64,000 bases of DNA from Candidatus Latescibacterota bacterium (GCA_965203175.1 OZ241867.1:3008001-3072000); one strand, 5' to 3'; positions 8,697 to 18,996 are shown, counted from the stretch's first letter. Numbers and translations are program-made. Notes: generated by a model from the letters alone, not told the origin.

Positions 8697-10535
8697 ATGG
8701 GACAGACGCTAAGAGATTTGCTCGACCATAGCTTCGCAACCTGTGCCGAACAGACGGCCATTCGAGAACTCAAGCCCGTAGAGGGCAGCCGCACATTGAG
8801 CTACCAGCCCGTGACCTACGCTGAGCTCAAAAGCCGCCGCGATCGGCTCGCGGCCGGCCTTGCAGCGCAGGGTTTGGCCAAGGGCCAGCGCGTGGGCATC
8901 CTCACCGATGGTGGCAGCGAGCCGCTTTTGATCTTTCTGGCGACCGACTGCATTGGGGTCAGTGCAGTGCCGCTGTGCATCCAGTCGCCTAACGAGCCGC
9001 TCGCCCACAGCATCGCACACTCTGCGGTTGAACTACTGGTCGTAGATCGCAAAGGATACGAGCGGTTTGACACCATCCGAGAGCGACTGGACAAGACACC
9101 GCGGATTGCGTTGACCGAGGGCGAGGGCGAGGGCGCGATTCCTTGGGAAGAGCTGGCGGAGAGCAGCGCGGCCGTGCCCGAGGTCGAGGTGCTGCCGGAA
9201 GATGAGTCGAAAATTCTCTATACCTCGGGTTCAACCGGCCTGCCCAAGGGCGTGATCCAGACCCATGCCAACATCGTCGCCAACGTCGAAGAGGTTTGGG
9301 ACGTGATTAGCAAGCGCGAGCCTCTGCGCATGTTCAAGTCTGCGCCCGACTACCACTCTATGGGAATTCTCAACATCTACTATCCCTTGGCCAAGGGGTG
9401 GATTTTGGACTTGGCGCGCTCGCCCGACCGCGTCCTCAGCGACATTCGCCTCTCAGAGCCGGAGGGCTTCCTCACCGTGCCGCTGATACTCGACAAAGTG
9501 TACGGCAATGTGCGCAAGGAAATCGACGGCGGCGGCCTCAAGGGGAGCTTGATCCAGCGCTCGGTTGCGGCCAAAGAGCGGTCGGCACACGGCCAGGCTG
9601 GGCTAGGCGACAAGCTCTTTTTGGCTGCCATCGGCCGTTCAATCATTGGCAAAATTCGCGCTCAACTCGCCACGCGAGTCGGGCCTCATCTAGAGCTTTT
9701 GATCGTCGGCTCGGCCAAGGCCGATCCCAAGGCATTGGACTTCTTTCACGAAGTGCTCGATATCACCACGTACGAGGGCTACGGCACGACCGAGTGCGCG
9801 CCGCTGATTGCTGCCAACCATCTCGAAGGGCGCAAAAGCGGTACGGTGGGGAGGCCGTTGCAGGCAGTGAAGATCGTAGCCGAAGACGGGTCGGAAATTG
9901 GGTACAACGATCCAGCGCAGGACAAGTGCCGATCTAGCGGCGATCAGGTCGGGGAGCTGTGGACTAGCGGCCCCAACGTCATGCGCGGGTATTTACACGA
10001 CCCCGAGCAGACCGAACAGGTGCTAGTGGAAGAAGGCGGTCAGATCTGGTATCGGACCGGCGACTTGTTCAGCATGGATGACGAGGGTTTTCTCTCGTTC
10101 CACGGGCGAGTTGGCCGACAGTTCAAGCTGCGCAACGGCGAGTTTGTCAATCCCGAAGCCTTGGAGCGGATTTTCGCCCGAGTGCCCCTAGTCGAGCACG
10201 TGATCGTGTACGGCGACCAGCAGCGCGACTATCCTCTGCCGTTGGTGACGGTGGATGTGGAGGAGGCAAAAAACAGCGGCATCGACGGGTTGCCGCTAGA
10301 GGACGAGGACGCCCTGCGCACGCATCCGAGCTTGGGCGAGCGGATCCGCGAAGGGTTCCTCGCCGAGGCTACGGCTGCTGGCCTGCCGAGCTACCAGCGG
10401 CCGCAGCGCGTCGCGCTCTTGCCCGAGCCGCTGAGCGAGGACGCCGGAACTTTAACCAAGGGCCTGAAGAAAATCGTGCCCAAGGCGATCGTCGAGCGGT
10501 ATCGCACGATCGTCGAACAGACCTACGCATCCTAG
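8697..10535 (+). CDS. Long-chain acyl-CoA synthetase / AMP-binding enzyme
   Basis: YTSGSTGLPKG, YEGYGTTEC, GPNVMRGY, YRTGDL. Confidence 0.92.
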   Translation: MGQTLRDLLDHSFATCAEQTAIRELKPVEGSRTLSYQPVTYAELKSRRDRLAAGLAAQGLAKGQRVGILTDGGSEPLLIFLATDCIGVSAVPLCIQSPNEPLAHSIAHSAVELLVVDRKGYERFDTIRERLDKTPRIALTEGEGEGAIPWEELAESSAAVPEVEVLPEDESKILYTSGSTGLPKGVIQTHANIVANVEEVWDVISKREPLRMFKSAPDYHSMGILNIYYPLAKGWILDLARSPDRVLSDIRLSEPEGFLTVPLILDKVYGNVRKEIDGGGLKGSLIQRSVAAKERSAHGQAGLGDKLFLAAIGRSIIGKIRAQLATRVGPHLELLIVGSAKADPKALDFFHEVLDITTYEGYGTTECAPLIAANHLEGRKSGTVGRPLQAVKIVAEDGSEIGYNDPAQDKCRSSGDQVGELWTSGPNVMRGYLHDPEQTEQVLVEEGGQIWYRTGDLFSMDDEGFLSFHGRVGRQFKLRNGEFVNPEALERIFARVPLVEHVIVYGDQQRDYPLPLVTVDVEEAKNSGIDGLPLEDEDALRTHPSLGERIREGFLAEATAAGLPSYQRPQRVALLPEPLSEDAGTLTKGLKKIVPKAIVERYRTIVEQTYAS

Positions 10536-11578
10536 CTACGCCGCAACTGGTGCAAGCGGTGGCTTAGCTCGGTTGGCGAGGCCGTGCCGGTCGTGCCAAC
10601 CTGCTGAGCGGTAATTGACGCGGCCAAGCAGGCTATCGCCGCCGCTTCCGTCAGTTCAGCACCTGCCGCCAAGGCCGCGCTGAGGGCAGCCGCACAAGTG
10701 TCTCCGGTGCCGACTGGGTCAACGGGTGCAGTGAGACACACGGCCGGCACGTGCTCGACCCTGCTGCCGTCGGCTACGAGGATCCCCCTATTGCCAAGCG
10801 TTAGAAACACCGGGCGACCAGTCTGGTTACTGAGTACGTGGGCGTGGTGGCGCGCTGCCTTGAGCGACAGGCTCCCTTGGCCGCCGAGTGCGGCCCAAGC
10901 TTCGCGCTGGTTGGGTTTGAGGATGGCGCGCTTAAAGAACCCAATGCGCGTGCGCGAATCGGCGAGGACCACGAGCTTGGGCTGAGTATCGAGCGCAGCG
11001 GCGATGGCGCGGCGCACGAGCGAGGTAAGGACGCCGCAATTAGTTTCGGTGACTTGGTCGATGAGTACGAGCCCGTCCCAGTGGCTCAGGCGCTGATGGA
11101 CGTGATTGATGAGATTGCGTTGGAGACTGGTCGGGGTCGGGCGGCGGTTTTTGGCATCGAGCCGCTCTAGTTCCTCGAGGACGGGTCGGCCGCGCTGGCT
11201 GCTATCGACGTAGCAGGGCTTGTCATAGGTCGGGGTCAAGCGGCCCGGAGCTGTGAGAAATCCCGTCAAATCTAGGCCCAGCCGGCGCATGGCTCGCCGC
11301 AACTCGTAGCCTTCTCCGTCGTCGCCGCAATAACCTACGCCCTCGACTGCTCCTACGCCGAGGGCGCGCAAGTTGGCGGCGACATTGCCGGCGGCCCCAG
11401 GTTGGCGGCGATAGCCGATTACCTGATAGCAGGTTTTGCCGGTCTCCAGCGACTTTTCGTCGAGGACCGGGTCGCATTCGCGATAGGAGTCGAGGAAAAA
11501 GTCTCCAACTACGCCGATGCGTAGCGCGGGAAATGCTGCCATGAGGGCGCGCAGGCGAGTTGGGGACAAGTTAAACAT
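10532..11578 (-). CDS. PfkB-family sugar kinase, RfaE/HldE kinase-like
   Basis: VVGDFFLD, PGAAGNVAANL, LKPNQRE, DPVGTGDT; convergent 4-bp overlap sharing CTAG with the acyl-CoA synthetase gene. Confidence 0.85.
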   Translation of the reverse strand: MFNLSPTRLRALMAAFPALRIGVVGDFFLDSYRECDPVLDEKSLETGKTCYQVIGYRRQPGAAGNVAANLRALGVGAVEGVGYCGDDGEGYELRRAMRRLGLDLTGFLTAPGRLTPTYDKPCYVDSSQRGRPVLEELERLDAKNRRPTPTSLQRNLINHVHQRLSHWDGLVLIDQVTETNCGVLTSLVRRAIAAALDTQPKLVVLADSRTRIGFFKRAILKPNQREAWAALGGQGSLSLKAARHHAHVLSNQTGRPVFLTLGNRGILVADGSRVEHVPAVCLTAPVDPVGTGDTCAAALSAALAAGAELTEAAAIACLAASITAQQVGTTGTASPTELSHRLHQLRRS

Positions 11579-11611
11579 AGGATTGGCGGCGCAAGGGCGG
11601 GTAAGTCGGGC

Positions 11612-11640
11612 TTGATTTAGTACCTATAGCTTCCTATTTT
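11612..11640 (+). promoter_or_regulatory. Possible sigma70 promoter for the galU operon
   Basis: TTGATT-N17-TATTTT in an AT-rich divergent intergenic region. Confidence 0.4.
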
Positions 11641-11700
11641 CACTAGGTGCTATATTTAGTTATGTCCTTGATTCTCTTAAACTTAAAATAAAAAGAGAAC

Positions 11701-12570
11701 GTGCCGATTCGCAAAGCCGTATTCCCCGTAGCAGGTTTGGGCACCCGCCTGCTGCCAGCGACCAAGTCCCAACCCAAGGAGATGCTGCCCGTTGGTTGCA
11801 AGCCAGTCGTGCAGTACGTGGTCGAAGAGATGATCGAGCAGGGGTTAGACAAGTTTCTCTTTGTAACGGGCCGCAAGAAGCGCTCGATTGAGGATCACTT
11901 CGACGACGATCCAGAGCTTGCGGCGCGCTTGGGCGATAGCGCGATCGGCGAGGTTGACTACGCAGCCGCAGGCGTTGAATTCTACTATGTGCGGCAGCGA
12001 CGGCCGGCCGGCAATGCCGATGCCGTGCGTCAGGCGCGGGAATTCGTCGGCGACGAGCCGTTTGTGGTGGGGTTTGGCGACACGATCATCTCCTCGCCGC
12101 GGGTGCCAGGCGTGGTCGGCCGGATGATGCAGTCGCATGTCCAGCGGGGTGCGGCCGCCACTATTGCCGTATGGGAAGTGCCGCGCGAAGAGACCTACAA
12201 GTACGGGGTCGTCACACCGCAAGGCGAGGCCGACGACGACTTTGCCATCGCCGATATTGTTGAAAAACCGCCGGTGGAAGCTGCGCCGAGTTGTCTTGCG
12301 GTTGCGGCCCGCTATATTTTTTCACCGGAGATTTTCGCCGCTATTGATGAGATTGAGCCTGGGGTTGGCGGTGAGTTGTGGTTGACCGATGCTATCCGCG
12401 TCCTGATCCAGAGCGGGGCTGAGGTCCGCTGCACACGCCTTGCAAGCGATGAGGCGCGCTACGACATAGGAACGCCGCTCACATACTATCGGGCCTTCGC
12501 GGATTTCGCCTTGGCCGACCAGGAGTTCGGCGCGGCGTTTCGCGCCTATCTAGAGGACAAATTGGCTTAG
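11701..12570 (+). CDS. galU: UTP--glucose-1-phosphate uridylyltransferase
   Basis: KAVFPVAGLGTRLLPATKSQPKEMLP, VEKP, GELWLTDAI. Confidence 0.92.
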   Translation: MPIRKAVFPVAGLGTRLLPATKSQPKEMLPVGCKPVVQYVVEEMIEQGLDKFLFVTGRKKRSIEDHFDDDPELAARLGDSAIGEVDYAAAGVEFYYVRQRRPAGNADAVRQAREFVGDEPFVVGFGDTIISSPRVPGVVGRMMQSHVQRGAAATIAVWEVPREETYKYGVVTPQGEADDDFAIADIVEKPPVEAAPSCLAVAARYIFSPEIFAAIDEIEPGVGGELWLTDAIRVLIQSGAEVRCTRLASDEARYDIGTPLTYYRAFADFALADQEFGAAFRAYLEDKLA

Positions 12571-12579
12571 GCATACGCA

Positions 12580-13854
12580 ATGAAAGTAAAGCTCGACTAT
12601 GGCCGCGACGGCCTCAAAATCGAAGTGCCCAACTCGGCCGCGGTATTGCAGATGGCTCCGAGTGAGGGGCTCGACCGGATCGAGGAGCGGATAGATCACG
12701 TGCTGGCCCGCCCGATAGGGACTCCGTCTTTGCGGCGGCTGGCGCGGGGACGCAAAAACGCCTGCATAGTCATTGCCGATATTACCCGCCCGGTCCCCAA
12801 CGCCGTTATTTTGCCACCAATGCTGCGGATTCTCGAAGAGGAAGGCATCGCTCGCGAGGATATTACTCTGTTGGTCGGCACTGGCCTGCACCGGCCCAAC
12901 GAAGGTGAGGAATTGGTACAGCTCGTCGGGGCTGACATCGCCTGCAACTATCGCATTGTCAACCACACCGCCCGCCGCCGCGAGACCCTGACGTATCTGG
13001 GGGAAACCTCGGGGGGTGCCCCAATATGGATCGCCGCGCTTTATGTAGAGGCCGACCTGAAAATCGCTACCTCGCTGATCGAGCCGCACTTGATGGCTGG
13101 GTACTCGGGTGGCCGCAAGGCCATTTGCCCAGGATTGATGGGCATTGAGACGATGCGCGTCCTACACGGCCCCGAATTGTTGAGTCACCCTCGGGTGTGC
13201 GAAGGCTCTATTGAAGGAAATCCCTTCCACCGCCAAGCCCTCGAAGTGGCGCAGCGCGCTGGCGTTGATTTTACATTTAATGTGGCCATGAATGACCAGC
13301 GGCAAATCACCGGCCTGTTCTGCGGCGACCTAGAGAAGGCCCATGCCGAAGGGGCCCGCTTCGTCGAGCAACAGAACGGCGTCTTGGTTGACGAGCCGGT
13401 TGACATCGCGGTCACTAGCAGCGCTGGCTGGCCGCTCGACCTGACGTTTTACCAAGCCGTCAAGGGTCTGACGGCGGTGTTGCCAATCGTCAAAGAGGGT
13501 GGGACGATCCTCATTGCTGCCCGCTGCGCCGAGGGTTTGGGCAGTGCAGAATTTGTAGCGATGCTGTTAGGCGCATCCGGTGCCGCCGAATTCTCGGACC
13601 TCCTTGCGGACTCCGATTTCTTCGCCATCGACCAATGGCAATTACAAGAGCTGTGCAAGGTACTCGACAAGGCGGAGGTTATGTTCTACTCGGAGGGGAT
13701 TGATCCTCAGTACCGCGACAAGGTATGGGTCGAGGTCATTCCCTCTGTGGAGCAAGGGCTAGCTGCGGCGCTAGCGCGGCACGGTATCGGAGCGCGCATA
13801 GCGGTCGTGCCCCAAGGCCCTTACGTACTCACGCAAACCAAAGGAGAGCACTGA
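12580..13854 (+). CDS. larA: Nickel-pincer-dependent lactate racemase family (LarA-like) racemase/epimerase
   Basis: DITRP, GTGLHR, IEPHLMAGYSGGRKAICPG, DLTFYQAVKG. Confidence 0.88.
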   Translation: MKVKLDYGRDGLKIEVPNSAAVLQMAPSEGLDRIEERIDHVLARPIGTPSLRRLARGRKNACIVIADITRPVPNAVILPPMLRILEEEGIAREDITLLVGTGLHRPNEGEELVQLVGADIACNYRIVNHTARRRETLTYLGETSGGAPIWIAALYVEADLKIATSLIEPHLMAGYSGGRKAICPGLMGIETMRVLHGPELLSHPRVCEGSIEGNPFHRQALEVAQRAGVDFTFNVAMNDQRQITGLFCGDLEKAHAEGARFVEQQNGVLVDEPVDIAVTSSAGWPLDLTFYQAVKGLTAVLPIVKEGGTILIAARCAEGLGSAEFVAMLLGASGAAEFSDLLADSDFFAIDQWQLQELCKVLDKAEVMFYSEGIDPQYRDKVWVEVIPSVEQGLAAALARHGIGARIAVVPQGPYVLTQTKGEH

Positions 13855-14936
13855 TGTCCGCTAGACACAGGTGGTTTTTGCGAGGGGGACTTGCTTTGTT
13901 GGCCGCGCTGTACTGGGGGGCAGACGGAAGGGCGGCTGTGGTGCCGATTATGGGGTTGGGCGATCAAAAGGAAGAGGAGGAAGCTCCAAAGGATTCAGTG
14001 GTCAGCGACAGCGCCATCTCGGAGGGGCTGAAGCAGCGGCTGCTTTTCATGCCCTTTCGCGACAAGTCGAAATATAAGGGCGAGTGGGACATATACTCGG
14101 CCATACCCCGAGGCTTGGCCGATTCGTTGCGCGGCAGTGCCTTTTTCAGCACTGTGTCTATTGATTCGGCGCTGGTGCGATTAAAAAAGAAAGAATTGCA
14201 GGGCAAGCTCGATGTTGGGCTCGCCTTGGCCATTGGCCGCGAGGTGGATGCCGACTACGTCGTCTTGGGGCAGATCGACGAGATGAGTATGAAGCGCTTT
14301 CGCGCCACCGTGCCCATCGGCGGCTATCGCAGCTATCAGGGTCTGACCACGGTGCGGCTGTATCCCTATAAGGTCATAGACGGGGAAGCAGCCGGCGAGG
14401 TGATGCGGGAAGTAGCTGAGGACAGCAAGCGCTATGGGATCACCAATCCGGCGGCCTTCGTGCCACTGGAAAAAGAGTACTTTCTCTTGGGACAGATGGA
14501 GTGGGGGAGCGAGGAATTCCACAATACCTTGCTAGGCAAGTCGGTGGGTCGATGTCTAGATCACTTGGCCGCCGGGCTAGATAGCCTCATCCAACCTCCC
14601 GCCGCACTCAAGGTCTCCGAGCCGAAAATCATAGAAGTGGTGGCTGACACGGTGCAGGCTGATACAGGGGAAAACGGCCAATCTGTGCGAGTGCGATTGA
14701 GCGCTTATATTAATGTGGGATTAGCCGATTCAGTGCAGAAAGGCAACAAGTACGGCGTGTGGGACAAGGGGCGGGAACTGAAAGATCCAGATACCGGCGA
14801 GGTGTTGGGAACGTCCCTGCCGCGCCGGGTCGGCGTCGTGCAAGTCGAACAGGTGCTCAGCCAACACCTGTCGCTGGTGAGGATTCTGCAAGGGGAAGAC
14901 GCCGTGCAAAAAGACTACGGAATTCGCGCCGAATAA
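13854..14936 (+). CDS. Exported CsgG/TolB-N-like protein with FlgT C-terminal-like domain
   Basis: Start ATG 13854 overlaps the larA stop; N-terminal hydrophobic signal; LALAIGREVDADYVVLGQI (CsgG-like) and YINVG...ELKDPDTGEVLG (FlgT_C-like). Confidence 0.65.
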   Translation: MSARHRWFLRGGLALLAALYWGADGRAAVVPIMGLGDQKEEEEAPKDSVVSDSAISEGLKQRLLFMPFRDKSKYKGEWDIYSAIPRGLADSLRGSAFFSTVSIDSALVRLKKKELQGKLDVGLALAIGREVDADYVVLGQIDEMSMKRFRATVPIGGYRSYQGLTTVRLYPYKVIDGEAAGEVMREVAEDSKRYGITNPAAFVPLEKEYFLLGQMEWGSEEFHNTLLGKSVGRCLDHLAAGLDSLIQPPAALKVSEPKIIEVVADTVQADTGENGQSVRVRLSAYINVGLADSVQKGNKYGVWDKGRELKDPDTGEVLGTSLPRRVGVVQVEQVLSQHLSLVRILQGEDAVQKDYGIRAE

Positions 14937-14946
14937 AGGTCGAGAT

Positions 14947-15402
14947 ATGAACGCACTACGAACGGCATGGACGACGGGCTTGGTCTTGCTGCTAGTCTCA
15001 GCGAGTGGAACTAGCAGCGGTCAGATTTATGACCTGCCGGAAGACAGCCGCGTATTCTACGTCTTCTCGCACGATAGGACCCCGCAGCGCCAGCGGATTT
15101 TGCAGCTATGGCAGCAGTTTAGCGCGCAAGATGCTGAGCAGCGGTTTATCGCCATTGCCCGCGACGAGCAAGTGCTAGCGATGGCCGAGGGCCTGACCTT
15201 GTGGTCGGCCGCTATGGCCGCGCAATCGCCGGAGGTACCTGCGTACATTAAGGCGCGGTTGGACGCCGACGGGGATTATTTCGCAGCCATAGATTCCGAG
15301 GGCACTTTGTACTTGGCCGGCCTAGGACAAGACCTGCTGCAACCCTTGTCCACGGAAGTGGATGAAAGCACTTGGGGCAAGGTAAAGGACTTGTTCAGAT
15401 AG
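14947..15402 (+). CDS. Small secreted protein (degenerate thioredoxin-like fold, no CxxC) with C-terminal TWGKVK motif
   Basis: Signal peptide; ends STEVDESTWGKVKDLFR*. Confidence 0.7.
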   Translation: MNALRTAWTTGLVLLLVSASGTSSGQIYDLPEDSRVFYVFSHDRTPQRQRILQLWQQFSAQDAEQRFIAIARDEQVLAMAEGLTLWSAAMAAQSPEVPAYIKARLDADGDYFAAIDSEGTLYLAGLGQDLLQPLSTEVDESTWGKVKDLFR

Positions 15403-15406
15403 GATC

Positions 15407-16090
15407 ATGTCCGCCGAGTCTGAGCATAAAGACTTCTCCATTAAGCGCATAGATGCTTTCGCCTGCTGTGCCCGCTTGCTCGCGGCAGGAGCCATGCGGT
15501 ATCACCGTTTGGCGGTCGAAGGTAGTCGCAATCTGCCGCGCGAGGGGCCGGCCCTGATTTTGCCCAAGCATTGCGCGTACCGCGACATTCTGCTCGAAGG
15601 GGTCTTGCTGTATAGGTTCACCCGGCGCTATGCCAACTACATTATGAAGGTTGGTCTGTGGGGGGTGCTAGAGTTGATGGGGGGGGTCAAGGTGGTAAGG
15701 CCCAAAGACATTAGGCGGATCGCCGATCGGGAGCAACGCCGCGCTGAGATTCGGCGCGCGCGCGCGGCCAACCAACAGATGCAAGACTATTTAGATGGGC
15801 TGTACCAGCGCGGGGAATTGGTCGTTTCACACCCGGAAGGCATGCGCTATCAAGACAAGTTAGGACCCCTGCAAAAGGAAGTAGTCGAGCATCTGGTACA
15901 GGCCGAAGAGCGGTTGGGGATGCGCGTGCCGTTGATTCCCATCGGCTTGGAGTACGATAGCTACGCTCGGCCTGGGGCGCAGGTGTACTTTCGGGTTGAC
16001 GAACCGCTCTACGCGGATTCCTTCGCCAATGTTAACGAACTGATGGATCATCTCGGCAATCGCTTGCGAATACTCAGCGGTCTAGCCTGA
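15407..16090 (+). CDS. 1-acyl-sn-glycerol-3-phosphate acyltransferase family protein
   Basis: HxxxxD (KHCAYRD), HPEG, VPLIPIGL. Confidence 0.85.
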   Translation: MSAESEHKDFSIKRIDAFACCARLLAAGAMRYHRLAVEGSRNLPREGPALILPKHCAYRDILLEGVLLYRFTRRYANYIMKVGLWGVLELMGGVKVVRPKDIRRIADREQRRAEIRRARAANQQMQDYLDGLYQRGELVVSHPEGMRYQDKLGPLQKEVVEHLVQAEERLGMRVPLIPIGLEYDSYARPGAQVYFRVDEPLYADSFANVNELMDHLGNRLRILSGLA

Positions 16091-16124
16091 TGGCTGAGTG
16101 TGCAATACCCAGTAAGGAGAATAC

Positions 16125-17300
16125 ATGTTCAAGCTATTTGCACTGGTTTTAGCCGTCGCGATCGCAGGATGTGGCTCGAACCAAGTTAAAATCGAGATCA
16201 AGGGCGGGGACGGCCAGCTCGTGCGCTTAGATGCCAATGACGTCCAATACAAATTCAACCACTTGGTCAAAGCTGGAACCTACGTCTTGCCCGAACCGGA
16301 CAGTAAAATCGAATTGGGCGGTGGTGCGTACGCCGTCAATGTCGCCGCGGGGGATTATCTGGGGAATGAGGTCTTGCAAGTGGAATCGCCGCCGCTATGG
16401 GGCATGCGGACCTACGAGGCGATATTCGATATTCCCGCTAGTAGCAATGCCCCTTTCAAGCGCGAGGGCACGATTCTCTACGCCTCGACTAAGAAAAACG
16501 TCCGCAACTGGGACTTGTTCATCATTAAGGCCGATGGCAGCGACCGCCAGCAGCTAACCAACACTCCCGAACCCGAGCAGCATCCCTCTTGGTCGCCCGA
16601 CGGCAAGAAGATTCTCTTCACCCGCGGCGACGTGATGAGCAACATCGACCTCTACGTCATGGATGCCGATAGCTCTAATGCCGTGCGCCTAACCGAACAC
16701 CCCGAGCGCGACCAGCGCGGTGTTTTTTCGCCCGACGGCGAGACGATCGCCTTCGTCAGCCAGCGCGACGGCGATGTGGCCGTCTGGCTCATGGACGCCG
16801 ATGGGGCCAACCCGCGGAAGTTGGTCCAAGGTGATCAGCCTTCGTTTTCGCCTGATGGCCGCCGCATTGCCTTTACTTCTTCGGCCTTCGACGACAATGC
16901 CGAGATCTACCTCATCGATCTCGACGGGTCGAATCGGACTCGCCTCACCGAGAATCGGCGCAAGCTCGACTTGTTCGCGTCGTTTTCTCCAAAAGGCGAC
17001 CGCTTGGTTTACAACTCGGAGGAGTTTGGTGGTCAAGAGCTGATGCTCATGCGGCCCGACGGGCAAGGGCAGACTCGCATCTCCATTGCCGAGAAGACCT
17101 ACGAGCAAGAGCCAGTCTGGTCACCCGATGGCAAGGGGATAGCTTATGCGGGCAGGATGGGCGACGATGAATACGACATTTACTTGGTCGGAACGGCTGG
17201 ATTCGACTTGGACGAGATGGACGCGCCACCGCTGATGCCCATCAACCTGACCGACAACGACGACCGCGACGATATGTCGCCGAGTTGGCGCTCCTACTGA
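16125..17300 (+). CDS. TolB-like beta-propeller lipoprotein (PD40 repeats)
   Basis: Lipobox IAGC; repeated PSWSPDG/FSPDG units. Confidence 0.88.
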   Translation: MFKLFALVLAVAIAGCGSNQVKIEIKGGDGQLVRLDANDVQYKFNHLVKAGTYVLPEPDSKIELGGGAYAVNVAAGDYLGNEVLQVESPPLWGMRTYEAIFDIPASSNAPFKREGTILYASTKKNVRNWDLFIIKADGSDRQQLTNTPEPEQHPSWSPDGKKILFTRGDVMSNIDLYVMDADSSNAVRLTEHPERDQRGVFSPDGETIAFVSQRDGDVAVWLMDADGANPRKLVQGDQPSFSPDGRRIAFTSSAFDDNAEIYLIDLDGSNRTRLTENRRKLDLFASFSPKGDRLVYNSEEFGGQELMLMRPDGQGQTRISIAEKTYEQEPVWSPDGKGIAYAGRMGDDEYDIYLVGTAGFDLDEMDAPPLMPINLTDNDDRDDMSPSWRSY

Positions 17301-17306
17301 TCTGAC

Positions 17307-18917
17307 ATGCAAGCGAAGGGGGCTACGGGCGTTTCTTATCTCTATATCGTCCTTGCCCTGGGGCTGGCCCTGCGGCTTGTGAACCTGCAAGCGCCCCTGA
17401 CCGACAAGCAGGCTTGGCGTCAGACGGACACGGCCGCCATTGCCCGTAATTTTTACGAAGAGGGCTATTCGCTCTTCTATCCACGCGTCGATTGGCGCGG
17501 CACCACCCCTGGGTACGTGGAGACGAATTTGCCGCTGTACCCCTTTGTCGTTGCCCTACTCTATACCATAGCCGATGGTTCCTATGAGTGGCTCGGGCGC
17601 CTCGTGGCGGCACTGTGTTCGACGGCGGCCGCGGCATTTCTCTATTGGCTGGGTCTGCGATTGGGCATGGGGCGGCTGGGCGCGCTTTTAGCTGCTCTGC
17701 TCTATTTGCTTTTTCCCATGAGCATCTACTACGGGCGCACCTTTATGCCCGAGGCGCTGATGATCCTTTTGAGCGTGGGCGCGCTTTGGGCTTTTGCTCG
17801 GTGGATTGACAGCGGTCGCCGATGGGACTTCGCGCTGGCTGCACTGTTGGCCGCCCTGTGTTTCCTCGTCAAAATACCTACCCTCTATCTCGGTTTTCCG
17901 CTGGTCGCCTTAGCGTGGATTCGCTGGGGGTGGCGCTTCTTCATCAGGCCTGCGCTTTGGCTCTATCTCGCGCTGGTCTTAGTGCCTTCTATACTCTGGT
18001 ACTGGCATGCCAACCTGCTCTTTGAGGAAACCGGCCTGACGTTTGGCATCTGGAATCGCTACGGCTATGACAAGTGGGACCACAGCCTGCTCTTTACGGC
18101 GGATTTCTACTGGACGCTATTGAAACGCTTCTGGCATAGCGTCTATACGCCTGTGGGGGCGGTCCTGGTTTTGGCGGGACTCGCCCTCGCGCCTGTCCAA
18201 CGGCGCGAGTGGACACTGTGGGTGTGGATGGGAGGGCTGGTACTCTACTTCTTTGTCGTCCCCGAGGGCAATCGCAGGCTGCATTACTACCAGTTACCCT
18301 TTGTCCCGGTGGGGGCCCTGCTAGCCGGGCGGGTACTCGAAGCCGTTATTGAGACAGATGCCGCATCGGCCGGGTGGTGTAGATTCGCGCGGAACTGGAA
18401 GCACCGCTGGCGCGTCGCTTTAGTATGTACGCTGGTCGTTGGGGTTACCGCCTACAGTGCTTGGGCGGTTGGACCGTATTACGCACAGCCCAACAATTGG
18501 CACAATTACTACCAGAGCTGCCATTTGGTGGGTCGGATAATCGACGCCAAGTTGCCGCAGGATGCGCTGCTGGTCATCGGTGACGAGGACGAAAACACCG
18601 GAGTGCCGCACCGGTCGCAAAGCCCGACCTTGCTCTATTACTGCCATCGCAAGGGATGGCAAATAACTCCGCCCGAATTTGCGCCAGAGCGGCTCGACAG
18701 CCTAGCGGCCGAGGGTGCAGACTATTTTCTAGTCGCGGCTGGCTTCGCCGTGGATAACGAGCCTTTTTGGCAAGATCTCTTGCGCCGGGGCGTGACGATC
18801 CCTTCAGCGCACCCGCGTCAGTGGCACGACAGAGCAGAGTTCATGCGCTTTGTTACCCGGCAGCCAAGAAAGGATCGTCACTTCATTCTCGTATCTCTTG
18901 CAGCCGACGGCGAATAG
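17307..18917 (+). CDS. GT-C fold glycosyltransferase (ArnT/PMT-like, GT39/83)
   Basis: Polytopic membrane protein; WRQTDTAAIARNF, PLYP, GRTFMPE, LVK. Confidence 0.85.
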   Translation: MQAKGATGVSYLYIVLALGLALRLVNLQAPLTDKQAWRQTDTAAIARNFYEEGYSLFYPRVDWRGTTPGYVETNLPLYPFVVALLYTIADGSYEWLGRLVAALCSTAAAAFLYWLGLRLGMGRLGALLAALLYLLFPMSIYYGRTFMPEALMILLSVGALWAFARWIDSGRRWDFALAALLAALCFLVKIPTLYLGFPLVALAWIRWGWRFFIRPALWLYLALVLVPSILWYWHANLLFEETGLTFGIWNRYGYDKWDHSLLFTADFYWTLLKRFWHSVYTPVGAVLVLAGLALAPVQRREWTLWVWMGGLVLYFFVVPEGNRRLHYYQLPFVPVGALLAGRVLEAVIETDAASAGWCRFARNWKHRWRVALVCTLVVGVTAYSAWAVGPYYAQPNNWHNYYQSCHLVGRIIDAKLPQDALLVIGDEDENTGVPHRSQSPTLLYYCHRKGWQITPPEFAPERLDSLAAEGADYFLVAAGFAVDNEPFWQDLLRRGVTIPSAHPRQWHDRAEFMRFVTRQPRKDRHFILVSLAADGE

Positions 18918-18946
18918 TTGACAGCAGCCGAGGGCCTATATATTAT
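18918..18946 (+). promoter_or_regulatory. Sigma70-type promoter
   Basis: TTGACA-N17-TATTAT, about 50 bp upstream of an AAGGAGG RBS and ATG 18997. Confidence 0.75.
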
Positions 18947-18996
18947 GGCTCTTAGGTAATTGTCCGTTTTCTACGGTCCGTCACAAGGAGGGAGAG

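Noticed and set aside
16125-17300. Canonical tol-pal system (TolB-like gene plus TolQR-family genes)
   Set aside because: The TolB-like protein is a lipoprotein 34 kb from exbBD, and no pal or true tolA is present.
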